64,000 bases of DNA from Thermoproteota archaeon (GTDB lineage Archaea > Korarchaeota > Korarchaeia > Korarchaeales > Korarchaeaceae), in NCBI GenBank assembly GCA_027491415.1, contig JAOZFH010000018.1, positions 16,856 to 80,855 on the forward strand. Direction: 5' to 3'. The notes under the pieces are model-generated. The model had not been told where the DNA came from and searched no databases. It saw only the letters and a list, made by a program, of their open reading frames with translations. Position numbers and translations under genes: made by a program. Position 1 is the stretch's first letter. The number at the start of each line of letters is the position of its first letter. Positions 36,682 to 45,777 of this stretch are shown one piece after another.

Positions 36682-38122
36682 CCTGGCCGGGTCCGTCGGG
36701 GCCTTCAAGAGGGTCATCGAGAGCCCGGCCTCGAGGATGCTGCTTCGGAGGCTCCTGAAGGAATGCCCTGGGACGGGAAAGACCAGACTTGAGGTGTCCC
36801 TGGAGGTCATCGCGGGGGTCAGAGACCGGGAGCGCCTACCGATGCCCTGCCGGACGGCCGCAAGGCTGACCGAGCTCGTGCTCAGGATGGGCGCCAAGGC
36901 GTTCGGGGCCGACTTCTCGGAGCTGAGGAGCAGGATGGGCGAAGAGCACTGGAGGAGGGCGCTGGTCAGCGTCATAAGGGGGCTGGAGGCCTTCGGCGTG
37001 CGCAGGCCCTTCGTGCCTGGGGCCCCCTTCCTGGTGGTCTGGGACGTCACGTACGCCTGCAACCTCCGGTGCAGGCACTGCTACGCCAACGCGGGCGTGC
37101 CTCTGGAGGACGAGCTGACCACGCAGGAGGCGAGGAGGGTCATCGACATCCTGCACAGGGCCGGCGTCGTGGCGATAGCCTGGTCCGGGGGAGAGCCCCT
37201 GGTGAGGCCCGACATATACGAGCTGAGCAGGTACGCCCACCAGAAGGGGTTCTACGTGGCCATGGCGACGAACGGCACGCTCATAGACGAGGAGACCGCC
37301 GACAGGCTCTGGGACTCCGGGGTGAGGTTCCTCCAGATAAGCCTCGATGGGGCCTCGCCGGAGACCCACGACGGGTTCAGGGGCGTCCCCGGCGCCTGGG
37401 AGAGGACTGTGAGGGGGATAAAGGTCGCGGTCAAGAGGGGCTTCTTCGTCAACGTGGCGACCACGGCGACGAAGCTGAACTACCGGGAGATTCCCCGGAT
37501 CGTGGATCTCGTGCGGGAGCTTGGGGCCCAGTGGTTCATGGTGTACAACTTTGTGCCCACCGGCAGGGGCGTGTTCATCGACCGGTTCGACCTCTCGCCA
37601 GAGGAGAGGGAGGAGCTGCTCAGGTGGCTCTGGGAGAAGCTGAGGGAAGGAGGAAGCCCGAAGGTGCTGACCACGGCCCCCCAGTTCGCCAGGGTGTCCC
37701 TGCAGGCGGAGGCGAGGGAGGGCAGGCGTAGCAAGCTGGTGCTGCCGACCCACTTCTACGACGCCGAGCTGGGCGGGAGGCTCAGGAGCCTGGCCGACTT
37801 CATAGGCGGTTGCGGGGCTGGCAGGTTCTACATCGGGCTCTCGCCCAACGGGGACGTGAGGCCGTGCGTGTTCTTCCCGAAGACCCTGGCCAACGTGCTC
37901 GAGCTGGAGAACGACTTCGAGGAGTGGTGGCGCACCGACGAGTTCCTGTGGAGGCTCAGGGACAAGGACTCCCTGAAGGAGCCCTGCGGGACCTGCCCGT
38001 TCAGGTACGTCTGCGGGGGGTGCAGGGCGAGGGCCTACGGCTACCTGGGAGACCCACAGGCGCCCGACCCCGGTTGCCTGCTGGTCGCGAGGGCAAGGGC
38101 GGAGAAGGTCCGCGTCGCGTGA
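36665..38122 (+). CDS. Radical SAM/SPASM protein with N-terminal helical extension
   Basis: CNLRCRHC, GGEP, ATNG, NFVPTGR, TTAPQFAR, GGCGAG, PCVF, CGTC..YVCGGCRARA..DPGC. Confidence 0.92.
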   Translation: MSGLSDLAGSVGAFKRVIESPASRMLLRRLLKECPGTGKTRLEVSLEVIAGVRDRERLPMPCRTAARLTELVLRMGAKAFGADFSELRSRMGEEHWRRALVSVIRGLEAFGVRRPFVPGAPFLVVWDVTYACNLRCRHCYANAGVPLEDELTTQEARRVIDILHRAGVVAIAWSGGEPLVRPDIYELSRYAHQKGFYVAMATNGTLIDEETADRLWDSGVRFLQISLDGASPETHDGFRGVPGAWERTVRGIKVAVKRGFFVNVATTATKLNYREIPRIVDLVRELGAQWFMVYNFVPTGRGVFIDRFDLSPEEREELLRWLWEKLREGGSPKVLTTAPQFARVSLQAEAREGRRSKLVLPTHFYDAELGGRLRSLADFIGGCGAGRFYIGLSPNGDVRPCVFFPKTLANVLELENDFEEWWRTDEFLWRLRDKDSLKEPCGTCPFRYVCGGCRARAYGYLGDPQAPDPGCLLVARARAEKVRVA

Positions 38123-38886
38123 GCGACCGCCGACGCAAGCTCAGCTCGACCGGCCCGCCTGGAGAGGAGCGGGAGCGCTCGGCTCGCCCCGCCCCGCCCC
38201 CTGGACCCTCCTCCAGCCTCGACTATCTCACCGTCCCTGATCCTCACTATCCTCTCCATCCTCCTGGCCACGTCTACGTCGTGGGTCACGACCAAGAGGG
38301 TCGTGCCGAGCCTATCTTTCACATCCAGCAGGAGGCCCAGCACCTGCTCCCGCGTCTTGCTGTCCAGGGCCCCGGTGGGCTCGTCGGCGATTATCAGCTT
38401 CGGGGACTTGGCCAGCGCCATGGCGATGGCCACCCTCTGCTGCTGACCCCCGCTCAGCTCGTGCGGCCTGTGGTTCGCGTGTCCCTCGAGGCCAACGAGT
38501 CTTAGGGTTCTGAGGGCCTCCTCCCTGTCTGTCCTGCCGAACCTCGCCTTCTGGGCCAACATGACGTTCTCCAGGGCCGTGAGCTCCGATATGAGGTTGT
38601 AGCTCTGGAAGATGAAGCTCACCCTCGACCTCCTGAACCTCGCCAGCTCGTCCTCGCTCAGGTAGACGAGGTCCACCCCGTCGACGTAGACGTGGCCGTA
38701 GGAGGGTCTGTCTAGGCCAGCAATGATGTTGAGGAGGGTCGTCTTGCCCGAGCCGCTCTTCCCCAGGATGGCGACGGACTCCCCCCTCTCGACCTCCAGG
38801 CTCACGCCCCTCAGCACGACCAGGTACCTGCTGCCGATCCTATAGGCCTTGTAGACGTCGACCAGCCTCACCATCGGCTCACTCAT
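38041..38886 (-). CDS. ABC transporter ATP-binding protein (LolD/MacB type)
   Basis: GKSGSGKTT, FIFQSYNL, LSGGQQQRV, ADEPTG, VVTHD. Confidence 0.95.
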   Translation of the reverse strand: MSEPMVRLVDVYKAYRIGSRYLVVLRGVSLEVERGESVAILGKSGSGKTTLLNIIAGLDRPSYGHVYVDGVDLVYLSEDELARFRRSRVSFIFQSYNLISELTALENVMLAQKARFGRTDREEALRTLRLVGLEGHANHRPHELSGGQQQRVAIAMALAKSPKLIIADEPTGALDSKTREQVLGLLLDVKDRLGTTLLVVTHDVDVARRMERIVRIRDGEIVEAGGGSRGRGGASRALPLLSRRAGRAELASAVAHATRTFSALALATSRQPGSGACGSPR

Positions 38887-40051
38887 GGGACAGCGCCTCC
38901 ACGACCCTCATGCTCGCCGCCCTCCTCGCGGGTGGGATGGAGGCAATCAGGCTGACCGCGAGCGATATGGCGAGTCCAGCCACCACGGACTGCGGGCCGA
39001 ACTCAAGGGGGAGCGCGTAGCCCCTGACCGACAGGGCCGAGGACACGAACTTGGCCGCCAGCACGCCCGCGGCAACGCCGATCGGCCCCCCGACCGCCGA
39101 GTACGCCAGCCCCTCGACGATGAATATACGGAGGATCTCGCCCCTCGTGTAGCCGAGGGCCTTCAGGATGCCGATCTCCCTGACCTTCTCGTTCACGCTC
39201 ATCATGACCGAGTTCGTTATGCTCAGGCCCGCAATTAGCATGGATATGCTCCCTATGCCCAGCAGGACCGCGTCCAGTATCCCGAGTATCGAGCCGACGT
39301 TTTGCATCACCTGGTCGGTCTCCACTATCATGAGGTCGGGGTACCTCTTGACCAGGACCTCCCTGACGGCCTCGGCCGCCTCGGGGTCGTCGACCCTCAC
39401 GAAGACCAGATTCACAACGCCCTCCTGACCATAGAACTCCTGGACGGTCTCAAGCGGCAGGTAGATCGCCTGGTCCTGGAGGAATGTCCCGGTGGAGGAC
39501 AGGATCCCCACGACCCTCACTGAGAGCCCCTCCTTGTCGTAGGGCCTCTTCAGGATCTCTATTCTGTCCCCGGGCTTGGCCGACAGCATCTTGGCTGCCG
39601 TGGCCCCCAACACGGCCTCCCTGTCGCCCGTCCAGTAGGACCCCTCGATGAGGCCCGGCAGCCCCTTCTCCAGCCCGCTGAGCGGCGTGCCTATCACGAG
39701 CAGGGCGGAGTCCCCCGTCTGCCTGGTGAACCCGACCTGGGTCAGCACGGGCGTCACGAGGCTGACGCCGTAGATCTCGTCGATGCCCTCGATCTCCCCC
39801 TCTGGGATGACCCCCATCGGGGATACGGATCCCAGGCCGAGCCCACCGGAGGACGTCCCCCCGGAGGGCATGAGGATGAAGCCCATGTTCACCAGGCCCT
39901 CTAGGTTCTCCCTCACGGCCGCCCTCATCCCGTACCCTATGGCCAGGAGAGAGACCAGGGAGGCCACTCCAATCACTATCCCCAGCGCCGTGAGCACGGT
40001 CCGCAGGTTCCGGGGGTTGAGGTCCGCTAGGACTATCCTGTAGAGCGTCAC
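38879..40051 (-). CDS. ABC transporter permease (MacB/FtsX type)
   Basis: RTVLTALGIVIGVAS, large extracellular domain, SVNEKVREIGILKALG, PARRAA...EAL. Confidence 0.93.
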   Translation of the reverse strand: MTLYRIVLADLNPRNLRTVLTALGIVIGVASLVSLLAIGYGMRAAVRENLEGLVNMGFILMPSGGTSSGGLGLGSVSPMGVIPEGEIEGIDEIYGVSLVTPVLTQVGFTRQTGDSALLVIGTPLSGLEKGLPGLIEGSYWTGDREAVLGATAAKMLSAKPGDRIEILKRPYDKEGLSVRVVGILSSTGTFLQDQAIYLPLETVQEFYGQEGVVNLVFVRVDDPEAAEAVREVLVKRYPDLMIVETDQVMQNVGSILGILDAVLLGIGSISMLIAGLSITNSVMMSVNEKVREIGILKALGYTRGEILRIFIVEGLAYSAVGGPIGVAAGVLAAKFVSSALSVRGYALPLEFGPQSVVAGLAISLAVSLIASIPPARRAASMRVVEALSHE

Positions 40052-42036
40052 GCCCCCTCACCCCCAGCCGCGGCCGGAACCGGGGAGAATCCCTCGGGCT
40101 CGTAGTGCGGCCCTCCCCGCCTCCTCCTCACGGTCGCGAGGCCGAGGGCGCCCGCCGCCCCTGACCCCGCCAGGAGGACGATCCAGGGAGTTAGAGACCT
40201 CAGGCTCACCCCTCCGGAGACCTGGGAGGGAGGCTCCACCACCACGACGGCGGTAGACTCCGCGTAGAAGGTCTGGGAGAGCCCGCCCCTGTAGGACACG
40301 CGGAAGATTAGCTCGTAAGTCCCGGGTGGAGTCGCGTCGCTCACCAGCAGTCGTATGCCGACGTCCTCTCTGTCCACGGTAGGGATTCTGGACACCACCG
40401 CCGGGGCGAGCTGCCTGAAGTACCCGCCGCCGTCAACGAGTTCCACCACGACCCCCTCGGCGTCCCCCTCCCCGAGGTTCACGAGGTCCCCCCTGAGGGT
40501 TACCTCCCCCCCAGGGTGGGCTGTCGAGTCCTCGAGGATGAGGGCGAGCTCCGCCCGCCTCGCGACGGGGATCGCGATTCTGAGGGACTCCTCGTACCTG
40601 TTCCCGAGCTCGTCCCGGTACCTCAGCAGGAGGGGAACCTCTAGGAAGCCCGACTCCGCCGAGGAGTCGACGCCGACCTCGAAGCTCACCGTGACGTTCT
40701 CCCCGGCCTTCAGGTCCCCGAGGAAGATCCTGTTGGCCCCCCTGAGGACCCTTAGCGGAGACTCGCCGCCCTCTGCCTGCGAAGCCTGTGGAGCTCCCAT
40801 GTACGGGATGCCGCCCGCCATCCCCATCAGGCCGGCCAGCGACGCCTGCTGCGCCTCCTCGCCAGCTGGGAGGAGGTCCAGCGACAGGCCGTAGGCGTCC
40901 CCAGGGCCCGCGTTGAGGAGGACGAGCGTCAGGCTGCCAGCGCCGCCCACCGGCAGGGGGTCAGGCGAGGTCAGCGCAGAGACCAGGTTGACGTGCGGCC
41001 TGTCTGGCTCTATCGATGTCGGCCTGCTGAGCGGGGTGGAGACGACAACCTGAGCCACGGTTAGCTCCTCCACGTGGGTCCCGTCGACCCTCCTGTACGA
41101 GACCCTAACGGGGAGCTGGTAGATGCCCCTCGGGCAGCCCTCGCTCACCCTCACGCTGATGGTGAAGCGGGCCGAGCCCATCGGGGGTATGCTCTCGAAG
41201 AAGAACTCCCTCCTACCCTCGACGGCCACCCCAGCCGACTGTAGAGAAGAGCCGCCGGTCGTCAGCCCCCCGAGGTCGAACCCCGGAGAACCGCCGCCCG
41301 CATGGAAGCTGGCCCCGATTCCGACGGGCTCCACCTCCACCAGCACGTCCCTGAGCGCCTCCCTGCCCAGGTTCCTGAGGGAGATGATCAGGGCGCCGGC
41401 GTCGCCCGCCCTGAGCACGGCCGGATACTGGGTCACCCCGAGGGACAGGACCCCGCAGGGCCTGCCGACGACTACCTCGACCACGAACTCCTGCTCGACC
41501 TCCGGCCCGTAGGCCAGAACGGGTAGGGTCACCGCGGCGCTCCCGGTGGAGTCGAACGTGTCGTTGTTCACCCAGCTGATCGAGATCGGAGAGCTGTGGT
41601 CGATCTCTATGGTGCGGTAGGTGAGCGTCAGCGGGATCCGGTACACCCCTGGGGTGGCGTTCCCCAAGACTTCCAAGAGGAACGTGGCCTCGAACGCCCC
41701 GCCCGGCAGGACGATTATCGGCGAGACGACGGCCCTCGGATCGTTCTCACCTCCCCCGCCGCGGAACGGGAGGCCCTCCAGGTGCGCCACGACAGAGATG
41801 GCCCCTATGGCCTGCTCCCCGTTTACGAAGGTGACTTTCAGAGGAACCTGCCTGTCGCCCGGGTATACTCCGCACCCCCACTCCCAGCCCCACCTGACCG
41901 CGGCTATCTGGACATCTCCTGCCGCCTGCTGGGCCGCAGGCTGGGAGAGAGGGGTAAGCGAGATCACCAGAGCGGCCGTTAGCCAGATCGCGAGAGTCCT
42001 GAGTGTAGCACCCGCGCCCGATCGCTCCGCCGACAC
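40048..42036 (-). CDS. S-layer-domain (COG1361-like) surface protein
   Basis: Signal peptide, repeated Ig-like units (N.G...A..V, G.Y.LP...Y), C-terminal TM plus RRRR. Confidence 0.8.
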   Translation of the reverse strand: MSAERSGAGATLRTLAIWLTAALVISLTPLSQPAAQQAAGDVQIAAVRWGWEWGCGVYPGDRQVPLKVTFVNGEQAIGAISVVAHLEGLPFRGGGGENDPRAVVSPIIVLPGGAFEATFLLEVLGNATPGVYRIPLTLTYRTIEIDHSSPISISWVNNDTFDSTGSAAVTLPVLAYGPEVEQEFVVEVVVGRPCGVLSLGVTQYPAVLRAGDAGALIISLRNLGREALRDVLVEVEPVGIGASFHAGGGSPGFDLGGLTTGGSSLQSAGVAVEGRREFFFESIPPMGSARFTISVRVSEGCPRGIYQLPVRVSYRRVDGTHVEELTVAQVVVSTPLSRPTSIEPDRPHVNLVSALTSPDPLPVGGAGSLTLVLLNAGPGDAYGLSLDLLPAGEEAQQASLAGLMGMAGGIPYMGAPQASQAEGGESPLRVLRGANRIFLGDLKAGENVTVSFEVGVDSSAESGFLEVPLLLRYRDELGNRYEESLRIAIPVARRAELALILEDSTAHPGGEVTLRGDLVNLGEGDAEGVVVELVDGGGYFRQLAPAVVSRIPTVDREDVGIRLLVSDATPPGTYELIFRVSYRGGLSQTFYAESTAVVVVEPPSQVSGGVSLRSLTPWIVLLAGSGAAGALGLATVRRRRGGPHYEPEGFSPVPAAAGGEGA

Positions 42037-42042
42037 CGCTGA

Positions 42043-42546
42043 TCACCTCTCGCCCCTCACCGTCACCTTCCCGACCCCGCGGCAGACGGACAGGACTAGG
42101 ACCTTCGGGAGGCCCTCGGGGATCACGACCTCTCCGCAGCGATAGATTCCCCTCACCCTGGACCTGAAGGTCTCCTCGTCGACGTCGTCCGCGAACTCGA
42201 GCCTCTTGATCCGGATCAGGACCAGCTCCCTGTCCGCCTCAAGCAGGTCCTTCCTCGTGAGGGTGAGCTCGTCTATGTCCTCTATGACGCGCCCAAGCCC
42301 CTCCAAGAAGCCCCTCATGAATTCGGCCGAAATGCCGATGGCCCCTCCGGGGAGGGGCGGCTCTCGGTCGTGGGGAAACATCGAGAGAAAGAGCTCCATG
42401 GACTGGTTGAGGAGCGTGCCGACATTTACCCCCATCCTCCTGGCCAGCCGACTCAGCCGCCTGTAGAGGGAGCGATCCACGCCCCGCACGGTGATCTGCC
42501 CGAACCTCCTCTCCTGGCGGCTCTCCCCGTTTCCCGCGCTGTGCAT
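42043..42546 (-). CDS. Ribbon-helix-helix-like regulator with C-terminal domain
   Basis: ITVRGVDRSLYRRLSRLARRMGVNVGTLLNQSM; ATG 42546 about 32 nt from TATA. Confidence 0.7.
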   Translation of the reverse strand: MHSAGNGESRQERRFGQITVRGVDRSLYRRLSRLARRMGVNVGTLLNQSMELFLSMFPHDREPPLPGGAIGISAEFMRGFLEGLGRVIEDIDELTLTRKDLLEADRELVLIRIKRLEFADDVDEETFRSRVRGIYRCGEVVIPEGLPKVLVLSVCRGVGKVTVRGER

Positions 42547-42585
42547 TTGTGATCGGATGTAGTGCAAATGTAATGCGTATATAAA
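42542..42585 (-). promoter_or_regulatory. TATA box with repeat operator
   Basis: TATATAAA 42578-42585 (+ strand reading); direct repeats ATGTAGTGC (42557-42565) and ATGTAATGC (42568-42576), 11 bp apart. Confidence 0.55.
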
Positions 42586-42777
42586 TGACGCAGCCGGGCC
42601 ACCTGGTCGAGCTGGTGCGAAGGGGGACGAGCGGCGCTGAGGCCGACGCGATCGACCTCGCCGGGGCCACGACCTCTCGCCCGCGGAGCGTCTGGCGGAG
42701 GGGACTCTCGACCTCCTGCTAGATCTGGGAGGTCCTCGCAACCGTTATATACTGCCTGGCCCCAGAGGGCGTGCGGT

Positions 42778-42916
42778 GGGGCCGTGGCCCAGCCAGGTGG
42801 CCTCCCGATGATAAGGCCGAGGTCGCCCTGGAAAGGTCAGGGCGGCGGGCTCCAGTCGGTGGAGCACTGAGGGGGAGACCCGTAGGACGTGGGTTCAAAT
42901 CCCACCGGCCCCACCA
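42778..42916 (+). tRNA. tRNA-Trp(CCA) with two introns (42795-42833 in D-loop; 42856-42877 at 37/38)
   Basis: Acceptor GGGGCCG/CGGCCCC-A-CCA, D stem GCCC/GGGC, anticodon stem GCGGG/CCCGT with CCA at 42852-42854, T arm GTGGG-TTCAAAT-CCCAC; BHB motifs at both introns; TTATATA at 42745. Confidence 0.92.
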
Positions 42917-43246
42917 CGCTTTTCTGCCCGTTTTTGGGCTCTCTTATTTCTTATCTTCTCGCTTGGGCCATTCTCCGGGCGATTAGATGCGGCAGGTACG
43001 CCGACCCAAGGGCAACGAGCCCCGGAGGAGGGCTCCAGCAAGCAGCGCGGCAACCCTGAGGCTCTCAGTCGGGTTGAAGACGTCCCAGACGATCATCATT
43101 GCCAAGAAGGCTGCCGATGGAGCCAGCGTGAGGAAAGTCCCAAAAACTACGTTGAGGTCACGCTGAGGGCCTACCCAGCGATCGTATGGCCAGGCGAGCC
43201 GATCTGGATGGAGGCCTTCGCCCCCGTGGCGATCCCGCCTCAACCC

Positions 43247-44650
43247 CTAGGTCAGGTCGATTATGTTCGTGGCGAGGCTCCTCAGCAGGTTGACCAGCTT
43301 CGGGTCGTGGGCCTCCGGCGGCAGGACTATCACCACCACGGAATCGTGAGCGGCCAGCTGGTCGATCATCGCCCTGAGGAGCCTGTAGGTGCTCTCCCCA
43401 CCCAGGAGAACCAGCAGGCCGGTGGTGTCCTCGACGATCACAGCCAGCCTGTCTCCCTCCTCCCTGGCCCTGGATATCATCCCCAGGATTACGGCCGGAT
43501 CCGCCCCTATCTCGAACTCCCCCACCCCGACCTGCTTAGGCGGTCCCATCCTGCCGGCGGAGACGTAGAGAGCGAGCGAGGCGTGCTTGGCGATCTTGGG
43601 GGCCGCGGGGGATGACCTCCTCCCTATCAGCACGACCCTGTACCCCTCCGACTCCAGGTGGGAGGCCAGGTCCTCGAGCGCATCGGCGTAGCCCCTCATT
43701 GTGGAGACCTCGAACAGGATGACCCTCCCGGAGAACGTCCCCAGGCGGCTCCACTCGTCCGGACGCCTGGACCTGATTGGCCCCACCTCTGGCAGGCCCA
43801 AGGGCCGGGTAACTTCGGGGAGCGGAGGCCTGAGAGCCGTCGTGCCGTACAGGTAGTAGGCGACCAGCGCGAGCGCCAACCCCAGGGCCACGGCGGCGCT
43901 CCCGCTCACCCCGACGATTCTCACGACGTGGGGGATGATCAGCGTGTCGTCCAGCGTGGTGAAGACGCTGGCGGCGGCCCCCAGGTACAGCGCGCCGGAG
44001 CCGCACCTCAGCAGCCACCTGGCCGGGTAGCCGGACCTCCTCGACTCCAGCAGGAGCCTCGTGCCCAGGACGGCGTCGAACGCGAGGTTGATTATGTCGA
44101 ACGGGACCTCCCCCAGCTTGGGTTCGGGCATCGTCGGCCACTCCCACGGCCTCTGGGCGATAACCACTGCAGTCAGGAATGCGAGCCAGCCGACGAGCAC
44201 CAGCAGGGGGTCCACCCGCGGGGTCGCCCTCTTGGCCGTTAGCCCACTCGTTAGGTCGGTCAGGTAGCTCGCGAGGCTCCAGCCAGCCACGAGCGTTGCC
44301 AGCACCGTGCACCCGAGCTTGTAGAAGTGCACGATGGGCGGAACCTCGAAGACCGTCTCTACTACGTCCAGCCAGCCGAACATCACCATCACGCTCAGGC
44401 CCGCCAGGACTCCCCTCCAGTGCCCCGACAGGAGCGCCTCGACCTTCGACTTCCAGGCCGTGTAGAGGAGCGAAGTGAAGGCCATTGCCCCTAGGAGGCC
44501 GATAAACCTCAGGAGGAACTCAGCCTGGGTGAGGGGGCGGAGGCTCCACTGGCGAGATGTGGCGGCGACGACGATGGCCCCTAAGGCGATCCAGATGGCA
44601 GCGAGGGCCTCCTGAACTGAGAGCCGCAGGCCCCTACCCTCCTCGTTCAA
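43247..44650 (-). CDS. Multi-TM protein with C-terminal inactive KaiC/DUF835-like domain, copy 2
   Basis: Full-length paralog of 20889-22307 (LTAKR..PRV.P, YYL.GTT, VS.GRM..PK, YRL.RA.ID.L, AH...NL.R.LAT.II). Confidence 0.75.
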   Translation of the reverse strand: MNEEGRGLRLSVQEALAAIWIALGAIVVAATSRQWSLRPLTQAEFLLRFIGLLGAMAFTSLLYTAWKSKVEALLSGHWRGVLAGLSVMVMFGWLDVVETVFEVPPIVHFYKLGCTVLATLVAGWSLASYLTDLTSGLTAKRATPRVDPLLVLVGWLAFLTAVVIAQRPWEWPTMPEPKLGEVPFDIINLAFDAVLGTRLLLESRRSGYPARWLLRCGSGALYLGAAASVFTTLDDTLIIPHVVRIVGVSGSAAVALGLALALVAYYLYGTTALRPPLPEVTRPLGLPEVGPIRSRRPDEWSRLGTFSGRVILFEVSTMRGYADALEDLASHLESEGYRVVLIGRRSSPAAPKIAKHASLALYVSAGRMGPPKQVGVGEFEIGADPAVILGMISRAREEGDRLAVIVEDTTGLLVLLGGESTYRLLRAMIDQLAAHDSVVVIVLPPEAHDPKLVNLLRSLATNIIDLT

Positions 44651-44813
44651 CGCCTAAACACCCGTCTACGGTTTCTTCGTGGGCACCCGAGGCCCCCCCA
44701 TAAAAGTGATAGGTCGGTTAGGCTTTCGAACCCGGCCGCCGCTACGTTCGCCCCTCCTGTCCGGAAAAAACGCCGCGGTCAGATTAAATTCCGAGCCGAG
44801 AGTGCGTCGCCTA

Positions 44814-45728
44814 ATGAGATCTCCCTCCAAGGAGGATTCTCACCCCGCGGATGTCAGGATGATCGGGCTCAGGCTCCCTCGGGTTTTGGAGGGAGATGAC
44901 CTGGCCGGGCTCATCGTCCAGGCCGCAGGTGAGGTTGGAGAGAGGCTCGAGGACGGAGACGTGCTCGTGGTGGCGAGCAAGGTGGTCTCTCGCGCCAAGG
45001 GATACGTCGTGAAGCCAGGGGAGGTCAAGCCGAGTATCAGGAGCAAGCTGTTGGCGTGGCTGACAGGCCGAGAGCCCTGGGAGGTCGAGCTGATCAGGGA
45101 GAGGGGAAGCCTCGCGTTCATCATGCCCTTCTCTAAGGCCACCAGGGGGACGGGCTTCCCGGAGAGGTTCGCGGTTGACCCGGAAGAAGCCAGGAAGATG
45201 GTGGAGTCCGCCGGGGATGTCATGCTCATGAGAGCCAGGGGGCTGACCCTCGTCGACGCTGGGATGGACTACTCCAACTGCCCCGAGGGCCACGTCTGCC
45301 TGCTGCCGACAGATCCGGATGAGGAGGCCCGAGAGATAGCCGACCGCATAAGGGAACTCACGGGCGCCAGGGTGGGGGTCGTGATCTCTGACACGGAGTT
45401 TCAGCCCATGAAGATCGGCTCCATCGACGTGGCGGTGGGGGTCGCCAACGTCTTTCCGATCCGCAGGAGGTTCGGGGCCAGAGACTACTTTGGAAGGCCG
45501 AAGTTCGGGGGAGACGACTCCGTGGCCGACGAGCTCGCGGCCGCGGCGGCCCTGCTCATGGGGCAGGCCGACGAGGGCATACCCGTCGTGCTGTTCAAGG
45601 GGTTAGATGTTGAGATGGACGAAGAGGCCAGCTCCGAGGATTGGATAGCCCCCAGCGGGAAGGTGACCCGGGTCATTATCGTAGGGGCCCTAAAGACGCT
45701 GATCGCAAAGCTCCTGAGGCTGGCTTAG
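44814..45728 (+). CDS. CofE-family protein, copy 2
   Basis: DGDVLVVASKVVS, AGMDYSNCPEG, VISDT, ADELAAAAALLMGQ; paralog of 19865-20761; ATG 44814 downstream of ATTAAA. Confidence 0.85.
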   Translation: MRSPSKEDSHPADVRMIGLRLPRVLEGDDLAGLIVQAAGEVGERLEDGDVLVVASKVVSRAKGYVVKPGEVKPSIRSKLLAWLTGREPWEVELIRERGSLAFIMPFSKATRGTGFPERFAVDPEEARKMVESAGDVMLMRARGLTLVDAGMDYSNCPEGHVCLLPTDPDEEAREIADRIRELTGARVGVVISDTEFQPMKIGSIDVAVGVANVFPIRRRFGARDYFGRPKFGGDDSVADELAAAAALLMGQADEGIPVVLFKGLDVEMDEEASSEDWIAPSGKVTRVIIVGALKTLIAKLLRLA

Positions 45729-45777
45729 TCGACGAGCGGGACGACCTCAGTTAATTAGAGGGCGGCAGCGGCCGCCC

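Noticed and set aside
42547-42741. N-terminal extension of the RHH ORF / short gene remnant
   Set aside because: Arg/Pro-rich non-protein-like sequence spanning the TATA and operator
42889-42916. tRNA 3' end as an integration (att) site
   Set aside because: No repeat of this sequence and no integrase found in the window
42983-43243. 86 aa minus-strand ORF with a hydrophobic stretch
   Set aside because: No recognisable motif; possibly a remnant; insufficient support
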